A stretch of 63,998 nucleotides of DNA, filler included, from Circinaria calcarea (Eukaryota), in NCBI GenBank assembly GCA_051942165.1. It is 4 parts of 4 records of this genome, joined end to end, with 100 filler letters (N's around TTAATTAATTAA, not from the genome) between each part and the next. Parts side by side here need not be neighbours in the genome. Positions count along the whole stretch, not along the records: positions 16,150 to 32,174 come from JAVECS010000338.1; positions 32,275 to 48,288 come from JAVECS010000339.1; 2 more parts are not named here. The stretch is one strand, 5' to 3'. Under the pieces are notes generated by a model. The model was not told the DNA's origin, did not search any database, and worked only from the letters and a program-made list of their open reading frames with translations. The position numbers and the translations under genes are program-made. Below, piece by piece: positions 23,356-35,011 of this stretch. The number at the start of each line of letters is the position of its first letter. Within the stretch, counting starts at the first letter, position 1.

Positions 23356-23958
23356 ATTGGGGAAGCTGTAAAAGAGGTGGAGTGAGAATCCTTTGTCAAA
23401 GGGGAATTTGCTGGAGAAAGTCGCTCTACTTCGCGTGTTTGCGTTATGCTTCCGTTGTGACGTTTGTTGTTGCGATCCGGAGCTGATTGGCTGGAATCGA
23501 AAAACCCGAGTTTCCTTAGGGTCTAGCTGCCGTTTCATGGGACGGAATCGTAGAAGTCCACAAATCTGCTAAAGGAGGATGTCTATTATATATTGATGGG
23601 AGACAGAGTGGTATCAATGCAAGTACTGTATTCTAGATGTAGTAACGCTTTCAAGCACGCCCGTTCAGAGGAATGTAAGAAGAAGGCACGTCTCCTTACT
23701 TTATTGCTGCGAACAAATGAACGGCAGCTGGATCCGGACATTCGATCTTCAATGTGTCTGTCTTAACCGAGAAGTAGTCATCAAACAAAGGTGTAGGGAG
23801 TTTGATGCCATCACTCCTAATAGGCATAAAGGAATACTTTGAAACATCACAACGTATATTTCAAAGAGTGACCTGATCTCCCAGAGGCATCGATTATGGT
23901 TTGTACAGTTTTATTTAAAACCTTTTCAAATACATGACAGCAGACAAGACGAAACAGA

Positions 23959-25248
23959 TCAAGATTCCTTTTTTCTAGCCCTTTCCTTGGCAGCCTTCTC
24001 CCTCCGCTGAATCCATCCCTCAGCTCCGACGCCCCCAAACACCAAGCCCACACCTACCCACTGCATCCCACTGAGTCGATGGCCAAACCAGAGCACGCTC
24101 AAAATCATAGTCAGCATCTTTCTGGTTACTGTGACGGTCACCAATAATAGACTTGAAAAATGGCTTAAAGTGTAATAGATGAATATCTGCCCCACGGCAC
24201 CGCAAGCTGCGAAGCCAAGGACGTCTTTGAAGACAGAGGGATGTCGGTGGAGAAATGCGAGAGCCGACGCGAACTCGTTAGTGTTGGTTGAGGGAAGGCC
24301 GAGGAAGGAGGAGATTGGACTGTTTGCAAGGAAAGGGGAAACAACAAGGTAGCATGTCGTCAAGAGGGTAGATAGAACATTCTGGGCGACCATCATTTGG
24401 GGACCGGAGTAAGGGCGGTAGGTGCTGAAAATATGGTCTTGTGTACTATTGGTGAGCCCGTCGAAAAGAAGGTTGATGCTTAAGAGAAGCAAACCCCATG
24501 CGCTATTGCCGGCAACTTTTGACGACTTTGACTTCTTCGAAGAGGAGGGATGATGCAGAGTGAAGACCGCGACACCGGCTGTAACAAGGGCCACGACGAG
24601 ATATTTGTACAAAGGATAACGCTTTCGAAAGATGGTAAGATGCAGGAACATTACAGGGAGGAGCTTGCATGATTTGGCGAGGATGAAGGTGATGTAGTCG
24701 ATGTGGTTCAAGGAGGCGTAACCGAAAGGAGAAGCTAAGGAGGAAGTTACGGCGACGAGGATAAGTGGGAAGAGTATGGCGCGAGAGGGGAATATTGACG
24801 GAGTGATACCGGAGGAGCGCGAGGTAGATGCCAGGAGGTATGCGTAGCCTGTGAGGGCAGCAAAGGCTGATTGAATGGTATTAAGGAAGATAGAGAACGT
24901 GAAACGCTCAGCGGAAGCTGGAGGACCGTAGGTGGTTGTCGTTATCCGCTCTTGGAGGAGAGCCCATGATAGGCTGTGGGATGTCAGCTACTGTATGGAC
25001 CGACGTTTTAAGGAAGCCTACAATGATGCATATATTCCCCCAACGCAGATGACCAACTGAGTAAGACCTGGTTGCTCCGGTAATGCAGACAAGATGGTTT
25101 CCTTAAGGTGCCTATTTGATTCATCGGGGCCCTTTGACTGCGGAAATCCATTGGCTACTTCTCGCCGTCTGCTCGCAGAGTCAGGTGGCTCCCGGCCAAG
25201 ATCTGATGGCTTTTGCTGTAGTGGCCTTGTCTGCTTTTGTCTTGCCAT
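23959..25248 (-). CDS. HUT1: UDP-galactose transporter homolog 1 (UAA family nucleotide-sugar transporter)
   Basis: CVGGIYAS|F..WALLQERITTT, HIDYITFILAKSCKLLPVM, NLLFDGLTNSTQD, VTVTVTRKMLTM. One intron near 24975-25022. Confidence 0.92.
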
Positions 25249-25707
25249 GACTGCTCTCGAAGGAATATCTTGACCGATAAGCTCTATGCTTAAGATGAAA
25301 AGGTGGACAAGAAAAATAAGAAGAGTTGATTGAATATTTTCAGTACATTATGGACAGTTCATCAACACCTCTTAAGACCGGCCTGATAAAGTTATCCGAA
25401 AAGAAAACATTACTGGTTCAGATGCCATCTGTCCTGATGCTTATTAGTGATAGATGTCCATTACGATATGCGACGGGACTCGCCCGGCCCGCAGGTGTGG
25501 ATCTAGCCTGATGCAGGTACACTGAAATCCGACCTTAAGTCTGTACAGCTTGCCCTGCCAAGACATGTAGGTATTGCGCCAATGATGCCGCCGCCTTTCT
25601 ATCCTCACAGTATAAGGACACATGCATTGACAGAGAGATACTGAATTGAGTGATGGATCCAACAGGCAACGGAGCATGCCAGCATGGTTATCTAGTGGGG
25701 AGAGCTC

Positions 25708-28045
25708 ATGGCACGGAAAATCCTTTGCGTTGCTGAGAAACCAGCGATAGCCAAATCTGTGGCTCAACATCTTGCTGGTGGCAATGTGACTACGGTAAAT
25801 TCCGATAGCAAGCCATTAAGAGGCCAAGTGAATTGACAAGGGTCAGAGGAGCATAGCGGGGAGTCCATATGTGAAGAATTACGAGTTCGACTTCGCATTC
25901 AATCCACCATGGGGGAACTGCTCTGTCACCATGACGAGTGTCATTGGGCATCTCAATGGCTTGGAGTTCGACCCACAGTATCGAAAATGGAATTCCTGCC
26001 GCCCAGCACAGCTTTTCGACGCGCCTGTGATTGAGACTGTTGACCCTGTACGTAACCACTACATTCGAATGAGGTCCTAAACCTCATAGTTTTCTAGGAT
26101 AAGAAAGCCATCGCAGAGAACATTAAGCAACAGGCTCGTTACGCGCAAGCCTTATTTATATGGACTGACTGTGATCGAGAAGGAGAACATATCGGTGCAG
26201 AGGTTCGGCAAGCAGCCCTGAAAGGTAACAATCGGCTTGAGGTCAAAAGAGCAAAATTTAGCAACACCGAAAGAGCGTAAGGCCATAAGAGTCCTTTCCA
26301 AAGCTTTGTAATTAAGTGCTTCTCAGTCATGTTGTGAGGGCCGCGTTGAATCCAATCGACCTTGATGACCGCCAGGTTAATGCAGTCGCGGCAAGGATCG
26401 AGCTCGACCTGCGCCTTGGAGCATCTTTTACTAGGTTTCAAACCCTTACGCTTCAAGCCATGGGTGGTGATCTTGCAGAACGAGTGATAAGTTACGGTAA
26501 AGAGCTTCCCCATGTTCTCCCGCAATGATTGGTTCCTGATATAAAAAAAGGTTCCTGCCAATTTCCTACCCTTGGCTTCGTTGTGGATCGGTACTTCAGA
26601 GTTAAGAATTTTGTAGCCGAACCTTTCTGGAGCATAAAGGTCGATCATCGTCGTGATGACATTGATGTCACATTTCTATGGCACCGTCACCATTTATTCG
26701 ATCGAATGGCTACGGTTGTCTTGTTCGAAAGGTGCCTGAATGCTCGAATAGCTACAGTCCGCAAATTACAAAAGAAACCCACGAGCAAGTGGAGACCCTT
26801 ACCATTAACCACAGTAGAACTGCAGAAGCTTGGAAGTCTGTTCCTCCGGATGGACAGTCAGAAGGTGATGAAGGTAGTATCAGCGCCACCGAGAGCTGTA
26901 CCATATGATTAATGGTACCATAGATAGCCGAAGACCTATACACAAAGGGCTGGATCAGCTATCCTCGAACAGAGACAGATCAATTCGACAAGGGCATTGA
27001 TCTGAGAAAGCTTATCGAGAAGCAGGTACAAGACCATAGCTGGGGTCAGTACTCTCAAGGGTACACCGTGGATCAAGATGCTTCAAATTTTCGATACTAA
27101 TTGAGTAAATAGCTTGTTGGATGGTGCCTTTACGCAACCTCGAGGCGGTCGTAACAACGATCAGGCTCATCCTCCCATACACCCCGTGAATTATGTGGCA
27201 CCACACACACTTAACGAGGATGAGCGGCGAGTGTATGAGTTTGTAGTTCGTCGTTTCCTTGGGTGCTGTTCGGAAGATGCAAAAGGAGAATCTACCACCA
27301 TCGAAATCGAGTACGGGGATGAGTTATTCCATGCAAGCGGACTCATTGTCCTCCAAAGGAATTATCTGAACATCTATACGTATGATAGATGGGAGAGTAG
27401 CCAGCAGCTGCCGGTTTTTACAGTTGGCGAGGCATTTGAACCGACAGAAGCAAATATCACGGAGGGCCAAACGAGTCCACCGGGATATCTGACAGAACCA
27501 GAGCTTATCGGTCTTATGGATGCGAACGGTATCGGGACAGACGCTACCATGGCGGAGCATATTGCAAAGATCAAGGAGCGCGCGTACGTTATGACTCAAC
27601 CACGTTCTGGAGGTGGACGGGCTCTTCAAGAAGGGACTGGAGGTCCACGTGGCGGCCGTGGCTCTAGAGGTGGCAGAGGTGGCAGAGGAGGACGAGGAGG
27701 TGCGATCACCGGTGGCTCTGCTAGCGCTGGCGGTTCCACAATGGAGTTCATACCAACCACGCTTGGAACAGCTCTGATTGAAGGTTACGATAATATAGGC
27801 TTGGTGACAAGCTTAGGAAAGCCATTTCTTCGAAAAGAAATGGAGATCAAAATGAAGGAGATTTGCGCCGGGACCAAAAGCCGCAACGACTTTGTACAGG
27901 AGACGTTGGAGCAGTACCGGGAGGTATTTGTCAGGACGCAACAGCAAGTGGAGGTGCTGAAGGAGGTAATGTCAATCTTCGATACCGATCATACAATCTC
28001 TAACGTATTGTGCAGGCTTGCAGAAAATACTGTTTCCCGACATAA
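25708..28045 (+). CDS. TOP3: DNA topoisomerase III, multi-exon
   Basis: TOPRIM LCVAEKPAIA, IWTDCDREGEHIG, RIELDLRLGASFTRFQT, SYGSCQFPTLGFVV, active-site GWISYPRTET, DQAHPPIHP, MDANGIGTDATMAEHI. Last exon ACRKYCFPT*. Confidence 0.96.
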
Positions 28046-28961
28046 CCATGACACCCATTTGCACCTTCTTAGAATTTATCCCGAAGCTTTCTTGAGCCCA
28101 TTGCAAGGGGGATCTGGTCGTGGACGGACGAAGTTACGATAGGCAGCAGGGGACTTTAGCTTAGTATTCTGTTGAATCCGCAGCCAAACTTATGACTACA
28201 TCTCTATTGGCCATGTCAGCAAAGCTGGTCGTGATCTTGATATCGCTTTTGGCGGGTGTTTGGATAGTCCACCCTTCGCATGAACTACGATCTACGCACA
28301 CTCCGGTGGCTGTGCGCCTCGGACCCTACTCCGCATGCTGATCATTCTAAAACTGTCGCGAGTACGCCACGAAAGGCATGGGTCTCTCCACTTCGGACCT
28401 CATCCGATGTTTACTGGACGGATGCAGCGGAGAGTCGAGTATATGATGCAACATGACTTTACTCTCCGGAGTCGGCCCCCGACTATTGACCTCAGAGGTG
28501 CAACTGGATAGATGTCGCCATCTTCTAATGACGGTGGCCCTCGACCTTCCAAGTACAGTTTGTCCAAGCCCTTCCGAGAATGCCGCCATTCAGCCACAGA
28601 CGTCCCCGGGTAAAGCGGGCGATTTACAGTGTCTTCTACCCAGCCTGCGACACTACTCGGGGGCTTGCGCAGAGAGGAATCTATGCAGGGTAGTCCCCTC
28701 AAGTCGACTTGTAGAGTGATGAGTAAGATAGGGGACTTTGTACCTGACAGAATGCATCGGCAGGAGTAGAGGGTCCCAAGACTGGCTCTGTGTGGGTGGT
28801 CAAATCAGTCGACCATGTGCTCAAAGTCATGGATGTCGGTCGGCCACAGGATGATGGAGGGTGAGAGATAGCTAGCGCATGCTGAAATGGGGGGGGAAGA
28901 CATTGATTATTACCTATCCTTGCATGACTAATGAACCATCGAATCACCGGCCAGATTACGA

Positions 28962-29133
28962 CAACCTGCTGAACCTGCTGAACCTGCCAGTGACCTGTTA
29001 GTAACCTGCTTCGTCCGAAAAAGGCCCCCCTTGGAATCCCAGAGCGACATCAGTTATCTCCCCGCTTTATCTGGCAGAAGCTCATCCGCTGCCCAACCTG
29101 AACCTGAACCTGAACCTCAACCTTAACCTTAAC
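28962..29133. repeat. AACCTG-based short tandem repeats upstream of STB3
   Basis: (AACCTGCTG)-like copies at ~28962-29010 and an (AACCTG/AACCTT)n run at ~29095-29133. Confidence 0.7.
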
Positions 29134-29455
29134 AACAAGAAAGCAGCAATCACCAGGCACAGAAAGAAACCGAAATCAGTCTAAACCCGTCCACCAGCTT
29201 CTCCAGCTCGTGGCTTAATTTCCATAGATTAGCTTCCGGTACAGATCGAAGCTATCAACAGGTCGGATCAACTGTTTTTGATCGCGTCGCATTCCACCTT
29301 GTTTAGTTCCAGTCGATGTGAGTAAGAGCCATCTCCCAAACAAAGAACATCCTCATCGTCATATTCGTGCTCGCCTCGTCTCATCATAATACTGGCAGCT
29401 GTCTGACTCACCTTCATTTAAGTATAGAGGATAGCGACCAGATCGATCATTGCAA

Positions 29456-30811
29456 ATGGCTCCAATTACTAAAAGCGGCAACAAAAACAATAACAACACC
29501 TCCAGCATTGCCATGGCTCTGGCTGGCATCACTACCTCTGTCGACATTCCCACGTCCCGTAAAAATTCCTTCTGGACTGGCAAAGACAGCTTCGCTGCTG
29601 TGGCTGCCAGATCCCTCCCTACGAACCCGCAGCCGGCTGGGCTGCCTACACCTCCGAACTCCATCTCCCCTACCCTCCCACCTCACGGCTTCAAGAGCCA
29701 GCCCGCCGTGACCCCCGCCACTCCTCCCGTTCAGGCCGCCGTTGACTCCGACATTGATCTCCAGGATGCTGTGGATCATGCTAAAGCCCAGGACCAGCCT
29801 CAGCGTGGGACTCCAATGTCCCTTGCTTTTGGCAATCTAGCCGCTCTAGATTCCCAAGGCGCCATCACTCCGGCGTTACTGGCAAAGCACCATCTCCCCG
29901 GTATCCTCCTCGATCATGGTCCGCTAGCCATTCGCCATATCATGGGGTACCTAACGACTTCGGTACCTGGGTTCTCTGGTATCCCACCGGCAAAGGCAAG
30001 GAGGCTCGTAGTCGGGGCCTTGGAAGGTCGTGGGAGTGGAGGCGAAGGAGGTGGGCTCCATGGAGATGTGGAGTTCGAAAAGGTGGGCTGGGGTCGATGG
30101 GATGCAAAACGTCGAGGCCAACCCTCAAAGGATGGGCAGAATATCCGGCACCAGAACTCGCTAGTCGTACGACACACATCCTCGACCCGCAGGGGCTCAT
30201 CTCCATATGCTCAACGTGGTTTGCGCATTCCTCGGGGCAACATCCGTCAAGGGCGAGCTCGGAGCGGCGCCTGCAATTCCCATATCGCATCGAAAGATCA
30301 CCCCACCCTCTCCAATGACACCGACATGGACTATGGCAAAAACTCAGAAGATATTAGCATGCTCGAGAACGAAGCAGACAAAATGTCTCTTGACGACGAC
30401 GGGTCCTGTTCTTCCTCGGACGCTCCGGACGAAAGCCCTATCCTCGACGACGATATTGATGAGGTAACTGATGAAGAGGACTGGGCGAGCATTGGAGCAG
30501 CCGCCCTCAGACAAGGCTCGTTTCCGCTGAACTCTGGGGGCGGACGCATTTACCATCAGCATATTACATCAACCGCACGTATATATTCCAAGGACCGAGG
30601 CGGTGGTCCGCGTTCCTCGGCATTGGCAAATTCTATGCCTGTGCGGAGATCACACATGGCTAGTTCGCAACAGCAGCAGCTACAGCAGCAGCAAGAGCAG
30701 CCGCAGCAGCGTTTTAATGATTTTGGGGGGTTTGTGGGTTTGGATGGCATTGGGAGCGACTCCCAGGAAAGGGAAGCGATTGAAGCATTGGTGAGGTTAA
30801 GTTCTGTTTAG
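29456..30811 (+). CDS. STB3: Sin3-binding protein Stb3 homolog
   Basis: ITPALLAKHHLPGILLDHGPLAIRHIMGYLTTSVPGFSGIPPAKARRLVVGALE..FEKVGWGRW domain; TDEEDWASIG; C-terminal EREAIEALVRL; polyQ tract. Confidence 0.88.
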   Translation: MAPITKSGNKNNNNTSSIAMALAGITTSVDIPTSRKNSFWTGKDSFAAVAARSLPTNPQPAGLPTPPNSISPTLPPHGFKSQPAVTPATPPVQAAVDSDIDLQDAVDHAKAQDQPQRGTPMSLAFGNLAALDSQGAITPALLAKHHLPGILLDHGPLAIRHIMGYLTTSVPGFSGIPPAKARRLVVGALEGRGSGGEGGGLHGDVEFEKVGWGRWDAKRRGQPSKDGQNIRHQNSLVVRHTSSTRRGSSPYAQRGLRIPRGNIRQGRARSGACNSHIASKDHPTLSNDTDMDYGKNSEDISMLENEADKMSLDDDGSCSSSDAPDESPILDDDIDEVTDEEDWASIGAAALRQGSFPLNSGGGRIYHQHITSTARIYSKDRGGGPRSSALANSMPVRRSHMASSQQQQLQQQQEQPQQRFNDFGGFVGLDGIGSDSQEREAIEALVRLSSV

Positions 30812-31700
30812 CATTATGGTGTTCGGGAAGCCTTTTTCAACGCCGGGATCATACGCTGGCACGAGAATCTGGGGAAATTGGATAGGAAGGCCCTGGGATG
30901 GACTCGAACTTGGCGTATTAACTGTGGAATCAGCTAGGGATCTTGAGCTCGCGAACGGTTCGCTTGAGCTCGATCTGATAAGGAGTTTTTTATTTCATGT
31001 GTGTATTATATGCCCCACTCATATCTTCACAGGGAGCAGGGGGCAGGAAACTGGGTCGGCGCATCTCCAATGGTTAAGCTGGAATATTCGCCGCGCTATC
31101 CTCCGGCGTTGGGATAGTCCGTCGGTTTGGTATAATCGAAGCATTGGAAATGGGCACTAGGAGAAGCCGGGGACCTAGAAGTAGACTCGATAGCTATAGT
31201 CGTCTTAGCTGAACAGTACTATAGCTATCAACCATAACCTCTTGAAGTCTTTGTTGTGATGTCCGGTCCACACACCATAGTCTTTGCGCGCTGTTTAATT
31301 CCGCAGTGTATCTTTCTACCAGTGGCTGACCTTCGAACCCACTAGAACCGGCAGATACCTAACCATTGCTAGGAAGGATTGCGATATATGATATTTGAGT
31401 TTACGACCTTCCTCCTCCGGCGAAGCCTATCTGCAGAGCTGACGCGGCGGGTAACTTGCGAGTACCATTGGATAAGACGTGTTCCTCTCTATTCGTTGCT
31501 AATCCTCTATCTAAATGCAGAATTTCATCATGTAAGCTCGGCTTCGCGTCTCTACTTATGAAAAGGCTTGGGCTAACACTGCTTCTCATACTTTCTTTAC
31601 TCTGAGCAATCTTCTACTCTGGAGTTTTATTTAGCTAGGTTTTATTTGTTCGACTGATTCGTTCCTCCACCCTACACCCAACAAACCTACCTCTCCCAAC

Positions 31701-32106
31701 ATGCCCCCCTCTCCCTCCAAACCCTCGAAATTCTCCCTTCTTCCCGCTTCTATACCCGCAGATATCCCAGCTTTCTTCTCGGTTGGGGACCTCGCTTTCG
31801 CCGACAACCCTTCGAACCAAGCTGTATTCGGCTCTGCTGATCCCGTCGGCCTGTTGGAATGGAGACGGAAAAGGTCCGAGAAGCAGCTTATGAGCGCAGA
31901 CGGTAGGAAGAGAGCTAGGTATGTGAAGCTGGTTCTGGATCAGGAAGGGGAGGAGGAAGCAGTGGTGGTTGCTTGTGCGGGGTGGTGGGCGCCGAAGGAG
32001 GGTGGAGAGGAGGCGGATGAGAAGAAAGGAGAAGAGATGCCCTTGGAGCTTCCCGAGGGAGTGAACAAGGATCTTTTAGATAGGATTATCAAGGTGTTGA
32101 AGGAAA
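31701..32106 (+). CDS. GNAT-family N-acetyltransferase, N-terminal part (truncated at contig end)
   Basis: FSLLPASIPADIPAFFSVGDLAF..RYVKLVLD..VVACAGWW..LPEGVNKDL resembles fungal GNAT N-halves. The tail after ~32106 is an inverted copy of upstream sequence. Confidence 0.6.
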
Positions 32107-32174
32107 AGGGAGAATTTCGAGGGTTTGGAGGGAGAGGGGGGCATGTTGGGAGAGGTAGGTTTGTTGGGTGGAGG

Positions 32175-32274
32175 NNNNNNNNNNNNNNNNNNNNNNNNNN
32201 NNNNNNNNNNNNNNNNNNTTAATTAATTAANNNNNNNNNNNNNNNNNNNNNNNNNNNNNNNNNNNNNNNNNNNN
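32175..32274. other. Artificial contig spacer N44-TTAATTAATTAA-N44
   Basis: Identical 100-nt spacer. Confidence 0.98.
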
Positions 32275-32682
32275 GAATCTTCCATGGTGGAAGCTTCTCC
32301 CTTCCGGCCTCCTCCCCTGCTCTACGGCATTTGCTGGATATGGGATCTCCACGCCCCGCCCATAGTAGATGACCTCATAGCCCTTGACGACGCATGCATC
32401 AATCTCCTCCAAACATTCCCTCAAACCCAACTTCTCGAGGGCTTCCACACCCCCTGGTTGAAGTAATTCCCCGACTATTCGATCTGGTTCCTTTAATGAC
32501 TTTTCAAGGAGAATAACAGATCGGGATTGGCGGGCTAGGGTGATTGCAATGGCAGTCCCGAGGATGCCAGCGCCGACGACTACGACATCAGAGGTGTGGT
32601 GAAGGGTACGTCGGAGTGTGGTGGGGTCTTTTTGGTAGGAGGGCGGAGGCGAGGAAGGTGGTGAGTCTAGAATTAGTGGCAT
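32275..32682 (-). CDS. ERG1: Squalene epoxidase, N-terminal fragment
   Basis: DVVVVGAGILG FAD motif, EPDRIVGELLQPGG, GRSFHHGRF. Confidence 0.92.
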
Positions 32683-33145
32683 AGATGACTAGAAAGATAG
32701 TGGTAGGGTTCAATTGAGAATTTGAGAGATCTGAGAAAATCGGAATTATTGAACATCAAATAAGATCCAGAAACGGCAAGCTCCAGGTATGTTCGAAGCT
32801 GGTAGATCTTGTCCGCCGTACCGCATCTGCGGTGTCTTTGGGTACTTTGTACGGTGCATTAAAACTACCTTAGCATTTGACTTCCCTTTCTGCTCAAACG
32901 TTTAGCCTTTGGTATCCTACTCCATGATCCAGCAACGTGTACTTGAAATCTCTCGGGTAGAATTCCCGTAAATTCTCTCAACTCGCAGCCGTTTACGCAA
33001 GGTACTAGGGTATCAATTCAGTGATGATTGGTATTACTCTATAGTCGATCTAAATGCAACAATCCATCGCCGACATCGTGGCTGTCGAAGAGGTCTTTGA
33101 ATAGCGAAACATAAAGTGACCCCAAAATATCCTCCAAAAGCCTCT

Positions 33146-33823
33146 CTATAGCACAGCCACCATGCCCATAACTCCAGCAGCCGCCGCCGCAGCTCCCATA
33201 ACTGCTTGGACCCCACCTTTCACCATTGGCATCGCAGCCCCCGTGAACCCTGAGATTGTGCTAGACGAGGTTAATGACGGCGAAACGATGGCGGTAGCAT
33301 TAGGTGAAGCGGTAATCATGGAGGATGGGCCTGACACGAAACCAGAGGACGCCGTGCCAGTTGCAGTTGCCACGCCGAGGTTTTCAGCCGCAATGCTTTG
33401 TAGTTCACCAGCAACCCGCGTCTCAAAGGCGAGCAAGTCGGTGTAAAAGGGTTGAGTGGCAACAGCCGAATTGACGATATTAACCAATGAACTAACTCCC
33501 GCAGCTAGGGCGGTCGGGTTGCCAGCAATTGATAATGCAACAGTCTCATCGGCAAACTGTTCGGCTACGGACCCAAGGACGGGTAGCAGACTGGTAGGTA
33601 TGGCCGTTGCAAGTTGGGACACGACAGGATCGTTGACGAGCGTAGAAACGTAGTTTTCCACATCCTCAACTAATGCAGACTCCTATACCGGATCGTCAGA
33701 GAGGCCTGGCATTGCAGTTGTAAGACATACCTGAGAAGGGCTGATGCTGGTTACTGATGCAAGCTGAGCGTTTGCCTTGAGTGCACAAAGTAAAGCCACG
33801 ACCGAGAAGAGGAAAGATTGCAT
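33146..33823 (-). CDS. Secreted, probably GPI-anchored Ser/Thr/Ala-rich cell-wall protein, 2 exons
   Basis: Signal exon MQSFLFSVVALLCALKANAQ; intron ~33682-33731; S/T-rich stalk; FTGAA omega-like region and hydrophobic C-terminus. Confidence 0.8.
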
Positions 33824-35011
33824 TTTGGTGGTATTATGCGATAGGCACAGAATGACAGGGCAGTAGAGAAAGACTGATTGATGTGTTCAAGAGAAGAAAA
33901 CGCAAGCAGAATAATAGTACACAAAGATTTACATCGTCCTCAGGGGCTTGCCTCCTGTTTATATCTTCCTAGTTTCTCGTACCGGGATCCGACTGGGCAT
34001 CTAGCGCTTATCAACCATGCAAATTTAAGATGAAGCGCCACCATTACTATTCGCGGCTTGCACAGCCCCAGCTCATCCTGGAGTCGTGATGTTCTTTTAA
34101 TCTTTGCCGTCTTCAACGAATTAATGGCCTTATAATCTAGAGGCTGTGAGCTGCGTACTGCGTGAGGCGTCCACGTCTCAGCCGTGAGCACAAGCAAATT
34201 CGGCCAACATCTGGATAAGCTATTTCTGGAAAGCGCTCGTGCTGTTGAGAGTCGAGACAGCCCACGGTCCCCGCCTACGGCAAGCAAGTCCTTCGCTTGG
34301 ATCTCAGCCCGACAAATAATTCAGCAGGGCTGTGGGAGCCGCAAATCACGTTCGGTGCCTCCTCCGAGATAGTGCCCGAGATGGCCTTCCTGAAAGCTGT
34401 GCCTGGCACAGCTGAGCCTCCATCCATTGTGAGAGGCGTCCTAGGATGGAGCAATCATTCCCGGCCGTTGTGGTATTGCTGCCTGGTACAAAGGATTATC
34501 CAGAGGTCGTTAACGTCTCAAGCGCAAAGTATTCTGGTACGGGAAGCCACGAAAGCCTCGGTTCGGATAGAATGGTCCGACAGTCGCTTGTTTCACCCTT
34601 GTCTCACCCTTGTCTCGTCTTACCCCAACAGTAGTTGCACGCCATCTCATCGCCGTCTCTGCCTTCTAAGTCATTCCCTTTCCTGCATCGAGATCATAAC
34701 CAGTAGTGGCAAGGAGAAAATCCGTGACCGTTACTTGTATTGAGGCATTGTCTGCTTTCTTCAACGCAATATATTACTCCACAAGCATTCCAGATGTTAG
34801 CCTGAGGTTTCGAGCAATGAATTCATTGTTGACTCGACTCGCTGCACATTTCTTTGCAGACTTATGAATAGCTAGAAAAGAATGGTGTAATCATGGCGAA
34901 AAACCCTTTCCTACCGGCAAAGTTACGGCTTTAAAGTCGCCAGGACGGAAGGGAGCCATTGAAATATAAGGAGATCAATTTGAACTTGGTGTTCTACTAG
35001 GACTCATCCCA

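Noticed and set aside
29095..29133. AACCTG/AACCTT run as a telomere-like repeat
   Set aside because: Not the CCCTAA unit, short, and internal to a promoter region.
31320..31380. A-box/B-box-like words on the minus strand
   Set aside because: Spacing is too short and no cloverleaf stems form.
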